From: Candidatus Omnitrophota bacterium
Lineage (GTDB): Bacteria > Omnitrophota > Omnitrophia > Omnitrophales > Aquincolibacteriaceae
Direction of reading: 5' to 3'
Assembly (NCBI GenBank): GCA_022705945.1
Contig: JAKJDL010000001.1
Location: 227,582-291,581, forward strand
Length of the DNA stretch: 64,000 bases
Below the pieces are notes generated by a model. It saw nothing but the letters and a program-made list of their open reading frames with translations, had not been told where the DNA came from and ran no database searches. How positions within the stretch are numbered: position 1 is the first letter of the stretch; each line of letters opens with the position of its first letter. Of the stretch, positions 1 through 9,420 are shown piece by piece. The position numbers and the translations under genes were made by a program.

Positions 1-1486
1 TTTTTTCGAGGTAATACAAAAGGCCGCTGTCGCGGAGGTAGTCCACGACAACTTGGGATCCCGGAGCAAGGCTTGTCTTGACCCAGGGTTTGGGGACCAG
101 CCCCTTAAGAGCGGCTTTTTCGGCGAGAAGCCCCGCTGTCACCATCGCGGACGGCGACGAAGTATTGGTGCAGCTCGTGATGGAAGCAATCACGACCGCG
201 CCATTTTCAAGCTCGCATTTTTGCCCTTCAATCTCGATCGAGATTTTTTTATCCGGGCTTCCTTTGCCTTTCAGAAGATCGGGAAGGGACTTTTCAAAAG
301 ACGTTTTGACGTCATGGAGGGCAACACGATCCTGGGGACGTTTGGGTCCCGCGAGGCCCGGTTCAACGGTTCTCAGATCCAGCTCCAGCACGTCGGAATA
401 TTCGATCGCTTCGTTTGGATTCTCGCGGAACAGGCTTTGCTCTTTCAAATATTCTTCCGCAAGACAGATCAGGTCGTCCGGCCGTCCCGTCAATTTCATG
501 AACGCCAGCGTCTCATCGTCAACGGGAAAATAGCCCGCGGTCGCGCCGTATTCCGGAGCCATATTGGAGATCACGGCGCGGTCGGCCAGGGAAAGCGACT
601 CCGCACCCGTACCGAAATATTCCACAATCTTGCCGACAACGCCTTTCTTGCGGAGCATCTGCGTGACCGTAAGGACCACGTCCGTGATCGTGATTCCTTC
701 TTTCATCTTACCCGTCATTCTGAATCCGACCACTTCCGGGATCAGCATCGAAACGGGCTGTCCGAGCATCGCGGCCTCCGCCTCGATCCCGCCGACGCCC
801 CATCCGAGAACGCCGAGCCCGTTAATCATGGTCGTATGCGAATCGGTCCCGACCAGCGTATCCGGATAAAGGTAGGTTTTCCCCCCCTCCTTGCGTTTGA
901 AAACGAGAGGCGAAAGGTACTCGAGGTTTACCTGATGGATAATGCCTGTAGCCGGCGGGACCACTCGGAAATTATTGAACGCCTTCTGTCCCCATTTAAG
1001 AAACTGGTAGCGCTCCCGGTTTCTTTCAAATTCCTTTTCCATGTTTTTACGGAAAGCATCCGGGGCACCGTAAAAATCGGTCTGCACCGAGTGATCGATC
1101 ACAAGATCGACGGGCTGAAGCGGATTGATTTTTTTCGGATCTCCTCCCATCCTGACCATCGCCTCACGCATCGCGGCAAGATCGACAACGGCCGGGACCC
1201 CGGTAAAATCCTGGAGAAGCACCCTCGCGGGCGTGAACGCAATTTCCTGGGTGCTTTTCTTCCTGGGAGACCAGTTAGCAAGGTTCTCGATGTCGCGGCG
1301 CGTGACATTCTTGCCGTCCTCGTTGCGGAGAAGATTCTCAAGGAGGACGCGTATCGCGTAGGGAAGCTTCAGGACATTGGCAACTCCGCACTCCTGAAGA
1401 GCGCGGATGCGGTAGATCGTGTAGCTCTTCTTCGCGATCTCGAGCGTGACCTTGCTTCCGAAGCTGTTGAGAAGGTTCATTTTTAA
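1..1486 (-). CDS. acnA: Aconitate hydratase A, N-terminal ~495 codons. Partial: the C-terminus lies beyond the window start.
   Basis: The reverse-strand translation beginning MNLLNSFGSKVTLEIAKKSYTIYRI contains the aconitase motifs FTGVPAVVDLAAMREA, GTDSHTTMINGLGVLGWGVGGIEAEAAMLGQP and ITSCTNTS. The listed + strand ORF 53..1486 is the low-complexity antisense frame. Confidence 0.9.
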
Positions 1487-1558
1487 AATCCTAAAGGGAC
1501 CTGGTCTCGTAAAACAATAGCTTGAATCGAATCCCCGGTCCCGGGAACGTGTCCCTTT

Positions 1559-2488
1559 TTAAAGTTTCAGCTTTTCAAAATTCCGCAGAACATCCTGCGC
1601 CGACCTGTGAAGTTCCGCGCGCTCGCCGTCCGTGAGCTGGATTTCGACGACTTCCTTTAAACCGCCTTTTCCGAGTTTCGCGGGCACACCGCAATAAACG
1701 CCGTTTAAGCCATACGGGCCTTTCAGATAAACACAGGACGGGATCGTTTCGCCGGTATCCCGGAGAATTGCGCGAACCATTTTGACGGCTGAGGATGAGG
1801 GGGCGTAGTAGGCGCTGCCGGTCTTGAGAAGTTTCACGATTTCCGCGCCGCCGTCGCGCGTCCGCCGGTTGATCGCTTCGATCGTCGCCGCATCCATGAG
1901 TTGCGTAACGGGTTTACCGTTCACCTTTGTGTGCTCCGGCACCGGGACCATCTGGTCACCGTGGCCGCCGAGCACCATTGCCCGGACATCGGAAGGTTTG
2001 CAACCTAGCTTTTCGGCGATGAAATACGAGTAACGCGCCGAATCAAGCTCGCCTGCCATGCCGATCACTCGCTCCGCGGGGAATCCCGACTTTTTCTGCG
2101 CGAGCCAGGTCATCACATCGAGCGGGTTCGTGACCATCACGATGACGGCATCCGGGGAATACTTCGCGCATTCCGTGACAATACCGCCAACAATCTCGGC
2201 GTTCCTGAAAAGGAGGTCGTCACGGCTCATGCCGGGTTTGCGGGCGAGGCCGGCCGTGATCACGATCACATCGGAGCCGGCAGTATCTTCGTAACGGTTC
2301 GTGCCGAGGATCTTCGAGAAAAACCCTTCCACGGGCGCCGATTCCATCATATCGAGCGCCTTGCCCTGCGGCAGACCTTCCACGATATCGATCAGGACGA
2401 CATCCGCGAGATCCTTTTCAACAATGCGCTGTGCGGCCGTCGCGCCGACGAAGCCGGCGCCAACAACAGTCACTTTCGGCATACTCAT
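1559..2488 (-). CDS. mdh: Malate dehydrogenase (LDH-like NAD-dependent MDH).
   Basis: MSMPKVTVVGAGFVGATAA Rossmann N-terminus, ITAGLARKPGMSRDDL and GGHGDQMVP motifs. The start was chosen at MSMPK, with a GGAG-like RBS context, rather than the upstream ORF extension. Confidence 0.9.
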   Translation of the reverse strand: MSMPKVTVVGAGFVGATAAQRIVEKDLADVVLIDIVEGLPQGKALDMMESAPVEGFFSKILGTNRYEDTAGSDVIVITAGLARKPGMSRDDLLFRNAEIVGGIVTECAKYSPDAVIVMVTNPLDVMTWLAQKKSGFPAERVIGMAGELDSARYSYFIAEKLGCKPSDVRAMVLGGHGDQMVPVPEHTKVNGKPVTQLMDAATIEAINRRTRDGGAEIVKLLKTGSAYYAPSSSAVKMVRAILRDTGETIPSCVYLKGPYGLNGVYCGVPAKLGKGGLKEVVEIQLTDGERAELHRSAQDVLRNFEKLKL

Positions 2489-2569
2489 AAAATCACCTTT
2501 GTTGCCATGTGCCACAAAGCCACACGCCACATGAAACATCTTGTGGCCTTGCGGCGTGTATCGTGTAAC

Positions 2570-3657
2570 TTATTTTTTTAGTTTTTGAATAATCGCCTGA
2601 CCCATCTCTCGCGTTCCGACAGCGGTAGGATCGTTGCGGTCAGCCTTCATGTCGTAAGTAACGTCTTTACCTTCCCGAATGACTTCGGCGACCGCTTTTT
2701 CAAGCCGGTCGGCGGCTTCGGTCTCTCCAAGGTGACGGAGCATCAGGACGCCCGACAGAATGACGGCCGTCGGGTTCAGCTTGTTCTGTCCCTTGTATTT
2801 CGGGGCAGAGCCGTGCGTCGCCTCAAAGAGCGCGCCGTTTGTTCCGATATTGGCGCCGGGCGCGACGCCGAGCCCCCCGACGAGTCCCGCGCAAAGGTCG
2901 GAGATGATATCTCCGTAAAGGTTCGGGAGAACAAGCACGTCGTAAAGTTCCGGCTTTTGGACGAGCTGCATACACATATTGTCGACAATCCGGTCCTCGA
3001 ACGCAATGTCGGGATACTGCTTGGCCACTTCGCGGGAAACTTCGAGGAAAAGGCCGTCTGTGAACTTCATGATGTTGGCCTTGTGGACCGCGGTCACTTT
3101 TTTGCGGCCGTATTTCCGGGCATAGTCGAACGCGAATTTAACGATGCGCTCGGTGCCGGCCACCGAGATCGGCTTGATGCTGACCCCGGAATCGGAGCGG
3201 ATCTTCCGTTTCGAAAGTTTTTCAATCTCGCCGATCAGCGCGAGAGCTCCGGCCGTTCCTTTTTGGAACTCGATCCCCGCGTAAAGATCCTCCGTGTTCT
3301 CACGGACAATGACAAGATCGATGTTTTTATAACGGGAGCGCACCCCTTCGTAGGATTTGCACGGACGAAGGCAGGCGTAGAGGTCGAGCTCCTTCCTGAG
3401 CGCGACGTTCACGGACCGGAACCCGGTGCCGACGGGCGTGGTAATCGGCGCTTTGATGGCGATCTTATTCTTCCGTATTGATTCGATCACCCGGTCAGGA
3501 AGCGGCGTTCCTTCCGCTTCCATGACATCCACTCCGGCGGTCTGGATGTCCCATTCAAATTTGACTCCGGTGGCTTCAAGGCACAACCTGGCGGCTTCGG
3601 CCAGTTCCGGACCGACACCATCGCCCGGGATCAATGTCACACGGTAGGATTTCATCG
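2570..3657 (-). CDS. icd: NADP-dependent isocitrate dehydrogenase (isocitrate/isopropylmalate DH family).
   Basis: [17 protein letters not shown]..., [12 protein letters not shown] and [19 protein letters not shown] are signatures of prokaryotic IDH. A GGAG RBS precedes the MKSYRV start. It is co-directional with mdh and acnA, forming a TCA operon. Confidence 0.85.
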
Positions 3658-3772
3658 TAACTCCTCGCTTAAAAAGGTTATTCGTTCCATGAGGGCGTTG
3701 CAGGAGGCTGACTCTTCGGCTAGAATACGATCCTGCCCGCAACAAAGCTCACTGAAAGAACCCGTATTTTAT

Positions 3773-4561
3773 ATGAATAACGCCGAAATTAAAAGAACGC
3801 TCTTGGAAGCGATCGCAAAGGCCGGGAAGACCGTCCGGGCCGCTTTCGGGAAGGAACAGCGCATCACCAAGAAAGGCGAGTTTAATCTCGTGACCGAGAT
3901 CGACAAAGCCGCCGAAAGAACAGCTCTTGCCGTTATCCGGAAAAAGTTCCCAAAACATTCGATTCTTGCGGAAGAATCCCCCGAGGTGAAGGGTTCGGAC
4001 GGCTGTTGGATCATCGATCCGATCGACGGCACCACCAATTTCGCCCACGGTTTCCCGATCGTGTCCGTTTCGATCGCCTTTGAGAGCGAAGGCCGGCTGA
4101 AAATGGGTGCCGTGTTCGACCCGACTCGCGATGAGCTTTTCTTCGCGGAACGGGGAAAAGGGGCTTTCCTGAACGGAAAATGCGTCCGAGTATCGAGAAC
4201 AAAAAAACTTGTGGATTCGCTGGTCGTTACCGGGTTCCCTTACGACCGGAAGAAGAACCCGGACGCTTACCTCGCAATGCTCCGAGCATTCCTCACTAGA
4301 GTGCAATGCATCCGGCGGACAGGATCGGCCGCTATCGATCTTTGTTATGTCGCTATGGGAAGATTCGACGGTTACTATGAAATGAAGCTGAACCCGTGGG
4401 ATAAGGCGGCGGGAATGCTGATGGTAGAAGAGGCGGGCGGCCGGTTGACGGATTTCAAGGGGCAACTGCTCGGTTTATCGTCCGTTCAGAATTTGGCGAC
4501 AAACGGCTTGATCCACAGGGAAATGCTTTCGGCGCTCAGGCCTTTTAAAGGGCTGAAATAG
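3773..4561 (+). CDS. suhB: Inositol monophosphatase family protein (SuhB-like).
   Basis: EIDKAAE, WIIDPIDGTTNFAHG and IRRTGSAAIDLCYVAMGRFDGYYE motifs. The start is at MNNAEIK (atg 3773). Confidence 0.85.
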   Translation: MNNAEIKRTLLEAIAKAGKTVRAAFGKEQRITKKGEFNLVTEIDKAAERTALAVIRKKFPKHSILAEESPEVKGSDGCWIIDPIDGTTNFAHGFPIVSVSIAFESEGRLKMGAVFDPTRDELFFAERGKGAFLNGKCVRVSRTKKLVDSLVVTGFPYDRKKNPDAYLAMLRAFLTRVQCIRRTGSAAIDLCYVAMGRFDGYYEMKLNPWDKAAGMLMVEEAGGRLTDFKGQLLGLSSVQNLATNGLIHREMLSALRPFKGLK

Positions 4562-4814
4562 TTTTCAGCTTTTTTTCATGTTCATTCTGTTTGAATTGAC
4601 GGCCGAACCTTATGACCAAAAAGAAAAAACTTCTAAAAAACCCCAAAACCCGCGGCACCTGGGCCATTAATCCAAAAACGCGGGTCAAACCTTCCCGTAA
4701 AGTCTATTCCCGGAAGAGAAATTCCTCTAAAAACGGTTGGCCGGAAGATTAACCCCAACAAAAATCCGACTTTGTCCTGTGAATCAGGACAGATTTTGTT
4801 CGGGATTCCAAAAC

Positions 4815-4850
4815 AAAAACGCCCCGTCCGGAGACGGGGCGTTTTAAAAA
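4815..4850. terminator. Bidirectional rho-independent terminator: GCCCCGTC-loop-GACGGGGC, flanked by an A-run and a T-run.
   Basis: aaaaacGCCCCGTCcggaGACGGGGCgtttt. It serves the minus-strand gene ending at 4870 and possibly suhB. Confidence 0.7.
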
Positions 4851-4869
4851 ACAACTTCCGGGCTTCTGC

Positions 4870-5199
4870 TTATTTCCCAGTAAGATCAACCGGGCTGGGG
4901 ATATCAATATCCACAGGGATCGGGAAGGTAACCAAATGGACGGCACCGAGGAACGTGGTGACCGTGCTATCGATCAGGCCCTGGCCAACACCTTGCCAAA
5001 CATTCTTTCCTTCCGTGGAATAATCATTCGGCGTGGAGAAAATCTTCGTCCAACCAAGAACAGTATTGGTCAGACCATACGCCAGTTTTCCACCGGTCTT
5101 CTCGCCATAGTTCTTCCCATCGGCCCACGGACTCGCCGCGAATGCCGCAGGAACAAGAACCATGGAAAACACTATCGCCAAACTGATAATTTTCTTCAT
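4870..5199 (-). CDS. Small secreted protein, TIGR04073-like (exosortase-system-associated family).
   Basis: Signal peptide MKKIISLAIVFSMVLVPAAFA, then KLAYGLTNTVLGW...GVGQGLIDSTVTTFLGAVHLVTFPIP. This resembles the KLGRGxxNxxTGW...TFPxP pattern I recall for TIGR04073. An AGGAGG RBS is present. Confidence 0.55.
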   Translation of the reverse strand: MKKIISLAIVFSMVLVPAAFAASPWADGKNYGEKTGGKLAYGLTNTVLGWTKIFSTPNDYSTEGKNVWQGVGQGLIDSTVTTFLGAVHLVTFPIPVDIDIPSPVDLTGK

Positions 5200-5371
5200 T
5201 GTTTTTCCTCCTTGGTTTTAAAGCCCCATTTTTTAACAGGGTGATCACCGTTTGTATATTGCCACAATCGATCCTTACCGACAACAAGATAATACTTGGA
5301 AATTTATCGACGCCTCTTCGATCTTCTTGACTCTTTTTTTCGTCCGCTTGCCCGCCCGCTTATCCCAAGTT

Positions 5372-6445
5372 ATGATACGCGCCATGATATCCCTTCGATC
5401 ATTTCCGATGAAAGCTTTCCGTATCCGGCTTCTCTCGTGGTACCGCAAAGAAAAAAGGCTTCTTCCCTGGCGCAAAACCAGAAACCCCTACAAAATATGG
5501 GTCTCCGAGATCATGCTCCAGCAAACCCAAGTCGCTACCGTCATCCCCTACTACCGGCGATGGGTCAAAAACCTTCCCACGCTCCGTTCTTTGGCCGGGG
5601 CTCCCACAGGAAAGGTTCTCCGACTATGGGAAGGTCTCGGCTATTACCGGAGAGCGCGTTTTTTGCACGAAGCCGCAAAAAAGGTTGTGCGAATCCATGG
5701 GGGCAAAATACCGCAGGAAGCTTCCTTGCTGGAAAAACTTCCCGGGATCGGCCGCTACACGGCGGGAGCCATTGCCAGCATCGCCTTCGGTGAAAAAACG
5801 CCTGTTTTGGACGGTAACGTGATCCGGGTCCTGACCCGTATTTTCGGTATCCGGCAGAGCGTCGATCGGGCCGGAACGGTAATGCGGCTTTGGAGTCTGG
5901 CGGGAAAGGTCCTGGAGAAAAGTTTTCCCGGTGATTTTAACCAGGCGATGATGGAGCTTGGAGCAACGGTTTGTTTTCCTCAAAATCCGGAGTGCCGCGT
6001 CTGTCCCGTCCGCTCCCTTTGCAAAGCTCATCGGATAAAAAAAGAAATGTTCTTCCCCGTCAAAACCCGCAGGGAAGTTTACGAAGATGTAACGATGTTC
6101 GCGGCCGTATTATTGCAGGATTCACATGAGAAGGTTTTTCTGCAGAAACAACCCGGAGGGCATTGGTGGGCGGGCTTATGGACTTTCCCTTTTTATAACT
6201 CGCTCCAAAAACTTCGGGAACTGCACGGAAAAAACGGCATTCGTCTCATCGGTCAAATCCGCCATAGTGTCACCCGCTTCAGAATCAACCTGAAAATATG
6301 GCAAAAAACCGTCCCCGCCAGAAACTTGAACAGAGCGCGGGGCGGGCGGTGGGTCAATATCAACAACCTGGGAAGAATCCCCCTCCCCGCACCTCATCGG
6401 AAAATTGCGAGGCTTATCAATTCGCTTTCAGAATCGGGGAGATAA
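5372..6445 (+). CDS. mutY: A/G-specific adenine DNA glycosylase MutY.
   Basis: HhH-GPD motifs IWVSEIMLQQTQV and LPGIGRYTAGAIASIAF, and the FeS cluster loop CFPQNPECRVCPVRSLC. A C-terminal NUDIX-like domain is present. The start at 5372 is in-frame within the longer ORF. Confidence 0.85.
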   Translation: MIRAMISLRSFPMKAFRIRLLSWYRKEKRLLPWRKTRNPYKIWVSEIMLQQTQVATVIPYYRRWVKNLPTLRSLAGAPTGKVLRLWEGLGYYRRARFLHEAAKKVVRIHGGKIPQEASLLEKLPGIGRYTAGAIASIAFGEKTPVLDGNVIRVLTRIFGIRQSVDRAGTVMRLWSLAGKVLEKSFPGDFNQAMMELGATVCFPQNPECRVCPVRSLCKAHRIKKEMFFPVKTRREVYEDVTMFAAVLLQDSHEKVFLQKQPGGHWWAGLWTFPFYNSLQKLRELHGKNGIRLIGQIRHSVTRFRINLKIWQKTVPARNLNRARGGRWVNINNLGRIPLPAPHRKIARLINSLSESGR

Positions 6446-6515
6446 CATCCGCGGATTCCGGCTTGCCTTCCGATTATTTACGGCAAGTAATAACCGGTAT
6501 CGAAACCCGTGGGTT

Positions 6516-6737
6516 TTACTGATTCATTCTTCCCATTAGCCAGTTATCCAGGACATCCTTCTTGAAGCGCCATTGCCCGCCAATCTTCGTCGCTGGAATC
6601 TCGTTTTTCTTGAGGAGGCGGTAAATTGTGACTAGGTGGAACCCAAGATACTTTGCGGCTTCCTTGGGTGTCATAATCTGGCTTCGTTCCCTCCTTGGAT
6701 ACTGAAACTGCTGGCCCGGCTCTTTTTCCTTTTCCAT
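6516..6737 (-). CDS. Small helix-turn-helix DNA-binding protein (excisionase/MerR-type HTH_17-like).
   Basis: MTPKEAAKYLGFHLVTIYRLLKKNEIPATKIGGQWRFKKDVLDNWL is a classic excisionase-family HTH. The real start may be the internal MTPKE codon. Confidence 0.6.
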   Translation of the reverse strand: MEKEKEPGQQFQYPRRERSQIMTPKEAAKYLGFHLVTIYRLLKKNEIPATKIGGQWRFKKDVLDNWLMGRMNQ

Positions 6738-6739
6738 TC

Positions 6740-7008
6740 TGGCTCTCCTGTGCTAATTATCGCTATTCTTAGATTTATTATAGCTATATACTACAACACA
6801 AATTACACCACATACTATAAATTGTCAATATTTGCTGTTTTTTATGACTTATTTATTAAAGGTTATGGAAATTGTACTCGTCAACAAAAAATCATATTGA
6901 TTGTTATTTTTATTCGTTGTAATATTCTGGGCGCGTTCAATTTATAGCAATTTTCCTTTACCGCTTAACACGTTTTCAAAATTTCAATTTCAAAAGAGGA
7001 GGTTGTTC
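6740..7008. promoter_or_regulatory. ~270-bp strongly AT-rich intergenic block upstream of the 7009 gene. Probable promoter or UP-element region.
   Basis: Runs such as ttattatagctatatactacaacacaaattacaccacatactataaattgtcaatatttgctgttttttatgac are well below the GC content of the flanks. It ends at an AGGAGG RBS. Confidence 0.4.
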
Positions 7009-7581
7009 ATGAAACGGGCAAAGGTTTTGGTTGTTCTTGTCGCTAGTTTTGCTCTTATGCTTCCTTCGGTTTTCGCCGCCGATATTTGGGAAGCCGCAAA
7101 TTCCGAAGTTTATAAAGAAAAAGTCGGTCCCATGTTCGTGCGCGGACTGCTCAACGCGGTCACGAGCCCCGTTGATATCCTAGTCCAAACCGTTGATAAA
7201 ACAAAACAAGGCCCGCCTCTTATCGGGACCCTTACCGGCATGGCGGGAGGTCTCGGTTGCACCGCTCTTCGCGCCGGATCCGGCATCGTTGATGTGGGCC
7301 TCTTCTGGGTCCCCGGTTTCAATGGCTTTCCTGTAAACCGTTCCTACAGGAACTGTCTGCTCTGTGTCGACGAGCAGCCCATGCAGGTCAGTCAGCCTGT
7401 CCAGTACGTTCAACAGCCGGTTCAGTATGTTCGGCCGGTTCAACAACCGGGCGTTACCCAGATTGTTTCTGAGCCTTCCTCAAAACCGATTGTTACTGTA
7501 GTATCGGAAGCTCCCGCACAGACAACGGAAACCACTCCTGTCAAAAAAGTCCGGGATCCTTACCGCTATGTAAAGAAATAA
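7009..7581 (+). CDS. Secreted protein with a TIGR04073-like N-terminal domain and a Pro/Gln/Val-rich repeat tail.
   Basis: AGGAGG RBS and signal peptide MKRAKVLVVLVASFALMLPSVFA. The domain reads VRGLLNAVTSPVDILVQT...GLFWVPGFNGFP. The tail carries repeats PVQYVQQPVQYVRPVQQP. Confidence 0.55.
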   Translation: MKRAKVLVVLVASFALMLPSVFAADIWEAANSEVYKEKVGPMFVRGLLNAVTSPVDILVQTVDKTKQGPPLIGTLTGMAGGLGCTALRAGSGIVDVGLFWVPGFNGFPVNRSYRNCLLCVDEQPMQVSQPVQYVQQPVQYVRPVQQPGVTQIVSEPSSKPIVTVVSEAPAQTTETTPVKKVRDPYRYVKK

Positions 7582-7597
7582 GATTCGCGTAATAAAA

Positions 7598-7640
7598 CAA
7601 AAAACCCCTCTCTCCCGGAAAGGAGAGAGGGGTTTTTTAT
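7598..7640. terminator. Strong bidirectional rho-independent terminator.
   Basis: aaaaaaCCCCTCTCTCCcggaaAGGAGAGAGGGGtttttt. It sits between the convergent genes ending at 7581 (+) and 7659 (-). Confidence 0.85.
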
Positions 7641-7658
7641 TGTTTCTTGACGGAAAAT

Positions 7659-8204
7659 TTACAGGCTGAGATCCTTAAGGTTAAAGATCGGGACGTAATG
7701 ATAGTTCGCAAGCATTTCTGCGGCGCCTTCATTCCTGTCAACAAGACAAATCACTTTAACGACCTTGGCCCCCAATTCCTCGACCGCCTTGATCGCTTTC
7801 AGCACCGAGCCTCCGGTCGTGATCACATCTTCAACTATGACAACCTTATCCCCTTCCGAGATCGGGGGGCCTTCGATCATTTTTTGCATCCCGTGATCTT
7901 TCGCCTCTTTGCGAACGATAAAAGCCTTTACTGGCTGGCCGCTATGGGAGCTGAGCAGAGAAACCGCGGCCGCGATAGGGTCGGCCCCGAGCGTCGGACC
8001 GCCAACCGCGTCAGCACCGATCGCCTGGATCATGGAAAGGATCACCCTCCCGGTCATAAACAAACCTTGAGGATCCAGCGTCACCTGCTTGCCGTCGATA
8101 TAATAATTGGAAATTTTCCCCGAAGCGAGCTTGCGCTCTCCGCGGATGACAGCTTTTTCATTGATAAGCTTTAAGAGCTTTTCCTTAAGTTCTTGCTCAT
8201 TCAT
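7659..8204 (-). CDS. pyrE: Orotate phosphoribosyltransferase.
   Basis: PRTase motif VVIVEDVITTGGSVLKAI, and the overall type-I PRT fold sequence. Confidence 0.9.
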   Translation of the reverse strand: MNEQELKEKLLKLINEKAVIRGERKLASGKISNYYIDGKQVTLDPQGLFMTGRVILSMIQAIGADAVGGPTLGADPIAAAVSLLSSHSGQPVKAFIVRKEAKDHGMQKMIEGPPISEGDKVVIVEDVITTGGSVLKAIKAVEELGAKVVKVICLVDRNEGAAEMLANYHYVPIFNLKDLSL

Positions 8205-8280
8205 GGTTACAGCTCCTTTTCCTGGTTTTATTTAAAGCTCCGGAGTAAATCATTTAAAGGTTGCGTGATTTTGTCGGACA

Positions 8281-9048
8281 TTAAGACCGGCTCAAAACTT
8301 TTTCCGTAATCTTGCGGGACAAACCCTTGATCATTTGGGCCTCCCGGTTCAAAATACCGTTCCTTTTTATAAGGTCCGCTAAAGTCCGGAGAATCCTCGG
8401 GCGAAGATTGGCTCCGCTCGCACCGTATCCGAGCGCCGTAAGGGCCTTTTCAAAGTGGCCGAGCGTGATCTCGATTTCTTTTTTCGTCAAAAAAGGTTCT
8501 TTCTCCCGGTACGGTTTTGCTTTTACCCTACCCGCTGAGTTCATGACGGAAAACAGTGAAACGATCACGGCCTGCGCCAAGTTAAGCGAAGGGTAAGCCC
8601 GCCCTGTCGGAATCGTCATAAGATAGTCACACATGAGAATATGTTCGTTCTTAAGCCCCTTCGACTCACATCCGAAAACAATTCCCGCTTTCTGGTTGTT
8701 TGAAATTTTCCGTAGTTTTTCGACCGCTTCATCAAACGCGAGAAAGGAACCCCGCCTTGCCCCGCCCCGTCTCGTGGTCCCTATCAAAAAACCGACGTCC
8801 CTGACTGCATCCCGCAGGGAACGGAAGACCTTCGCACCGCCCAAGACACCCCCGGCCGACACGGCCATTTTCCTTGCTCTCTGCCGCCAGTTCGCCGGCG
8901 GACTGACCAGTCTCAGCTCTGAGAACCCCATGTTCCTGATCGCCCTGGCCGCGGCGCCGATATTATCGGGATTTTCGGGATTAACCAGGATCGTAACAAT
9001 GTTTTGAGGTCTCATTGCCGGATCAAAAACCCTCAGGTCTTTTCCCAA
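8281..9048 (-). CDS. trmJ: SpoU/TrmH-family RNA 2'-O-methyltransferase (TrmJ-like).
   Basis: IVTILVNPENPDNIGAAARAIRNMGFSELRLVSP and the SPOUT C-terminal motifs. The start may be the downstream MRPQN codon. Confidence 0.75.
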   Translation of the reverse strand: MGKDLRVFDPAMRPQNIVTILVNPENPDNIGAAARAIRNMGFSELRLVSPPANWRQRARKMAVSAGGVLGGAKVFRSLRDAVRDVGFLIGTTRRGGARRGSFLAFDEAVEKLRKISNNQKAGIVFGCESKGLKNEHILMCDYLMTIPTGRAYPSLNLAQAVIVSLFSVMNSAGRVKAKPYREKEPFLTKKEIEITLGHFEKALTALGYGASGANLRPRILRTLADLIKRNGILNREAQMIKGLSRKITEKVLSRS

Positions 9049-9404
9049 ACGTAATCCGGTATATCAAAAAACCTTGTGATCGGCCGGGTGTCTTGTGTCG
9101 CCCACGCGTGCGCCGGGATGACAAAAAGATCGTTCACGGACGAAGCCGCGCGGGTGGTGATATTGAAAAAAACCCTTGGAATATAAGTCAGCGGCCACGC
9201 TTTGGGGTGGTTCTCCTTCTCGGCAAAACCCGTCCGGACAATCTCACCCGGAAACGTCATCAAATTAACCGCACCTCGTTTAAGCACCTCTCCCGCTCCC
9301 GACCTGTCCGAGTAAAACCCGGGGGCAGGTTCTTTCGCAAACGCACCCGCAGGAATCAAACATATCGTGAACAGAATAACCGCTGCAAACCGTTCGATCT
9401 TCAT
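9033..9404 (-). CDS. Small secreted protein, TIGR04073-like. Third copy in the window.
   Basis: AAGGAG RBS and signal peptide MKIERFAAVILFTICLIPAGAFA, then LKRGAVNLMTFPGEIVRT...VNDLFVIPAHAW. The listed ORF 9033..9764 is an upstream over-extension. Confidence 0.5.
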   Translation of the reverse strand: MKIERFAAVILFTICLIPAGAFAKEPAPGFYSDRSGAGEVLKRGAVNLMTFPGEIVRTGFAEKENHPKAWPLTYIPRVFFNITTRAASSVNDLFVIPAHAWATQDTRPITRFFDIPDYVWEKT

Positions 9405-9420
9405 AAAAAATCTCCTTGGG

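Noticed and set aside
53-1486. 477-aa + strand ORF covering the first 1.5 kb.
   Set aside because: It is the low-complexity Arg/Gly-rich antisense frame of acnA. The minus strand encodes a textbook aconitase.
2489-2569. Dyad-like sequence between icd and mdh (ccacaaagccacacgcc...tgtggccttgcggcgtgt).
   Set aside because: The arms are not true reverse complements in register, so it is probably not a defined hairpin or operator.
2585-3481. 298-aa + strand ORF.
   Set aside because: Antisense to icd, with no motifs.
7380-7450. Tandem nucleotide repeats (cagcctgtccagtacgttcaacagccggttcagtatgtt...).
   Set aside because: They are in-frame coding repeats (PVQYVQQ) of the secreted protein, not a CRISPR or an intergenic repeat. 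No CRISPR arrays were seen anywhere in the window.
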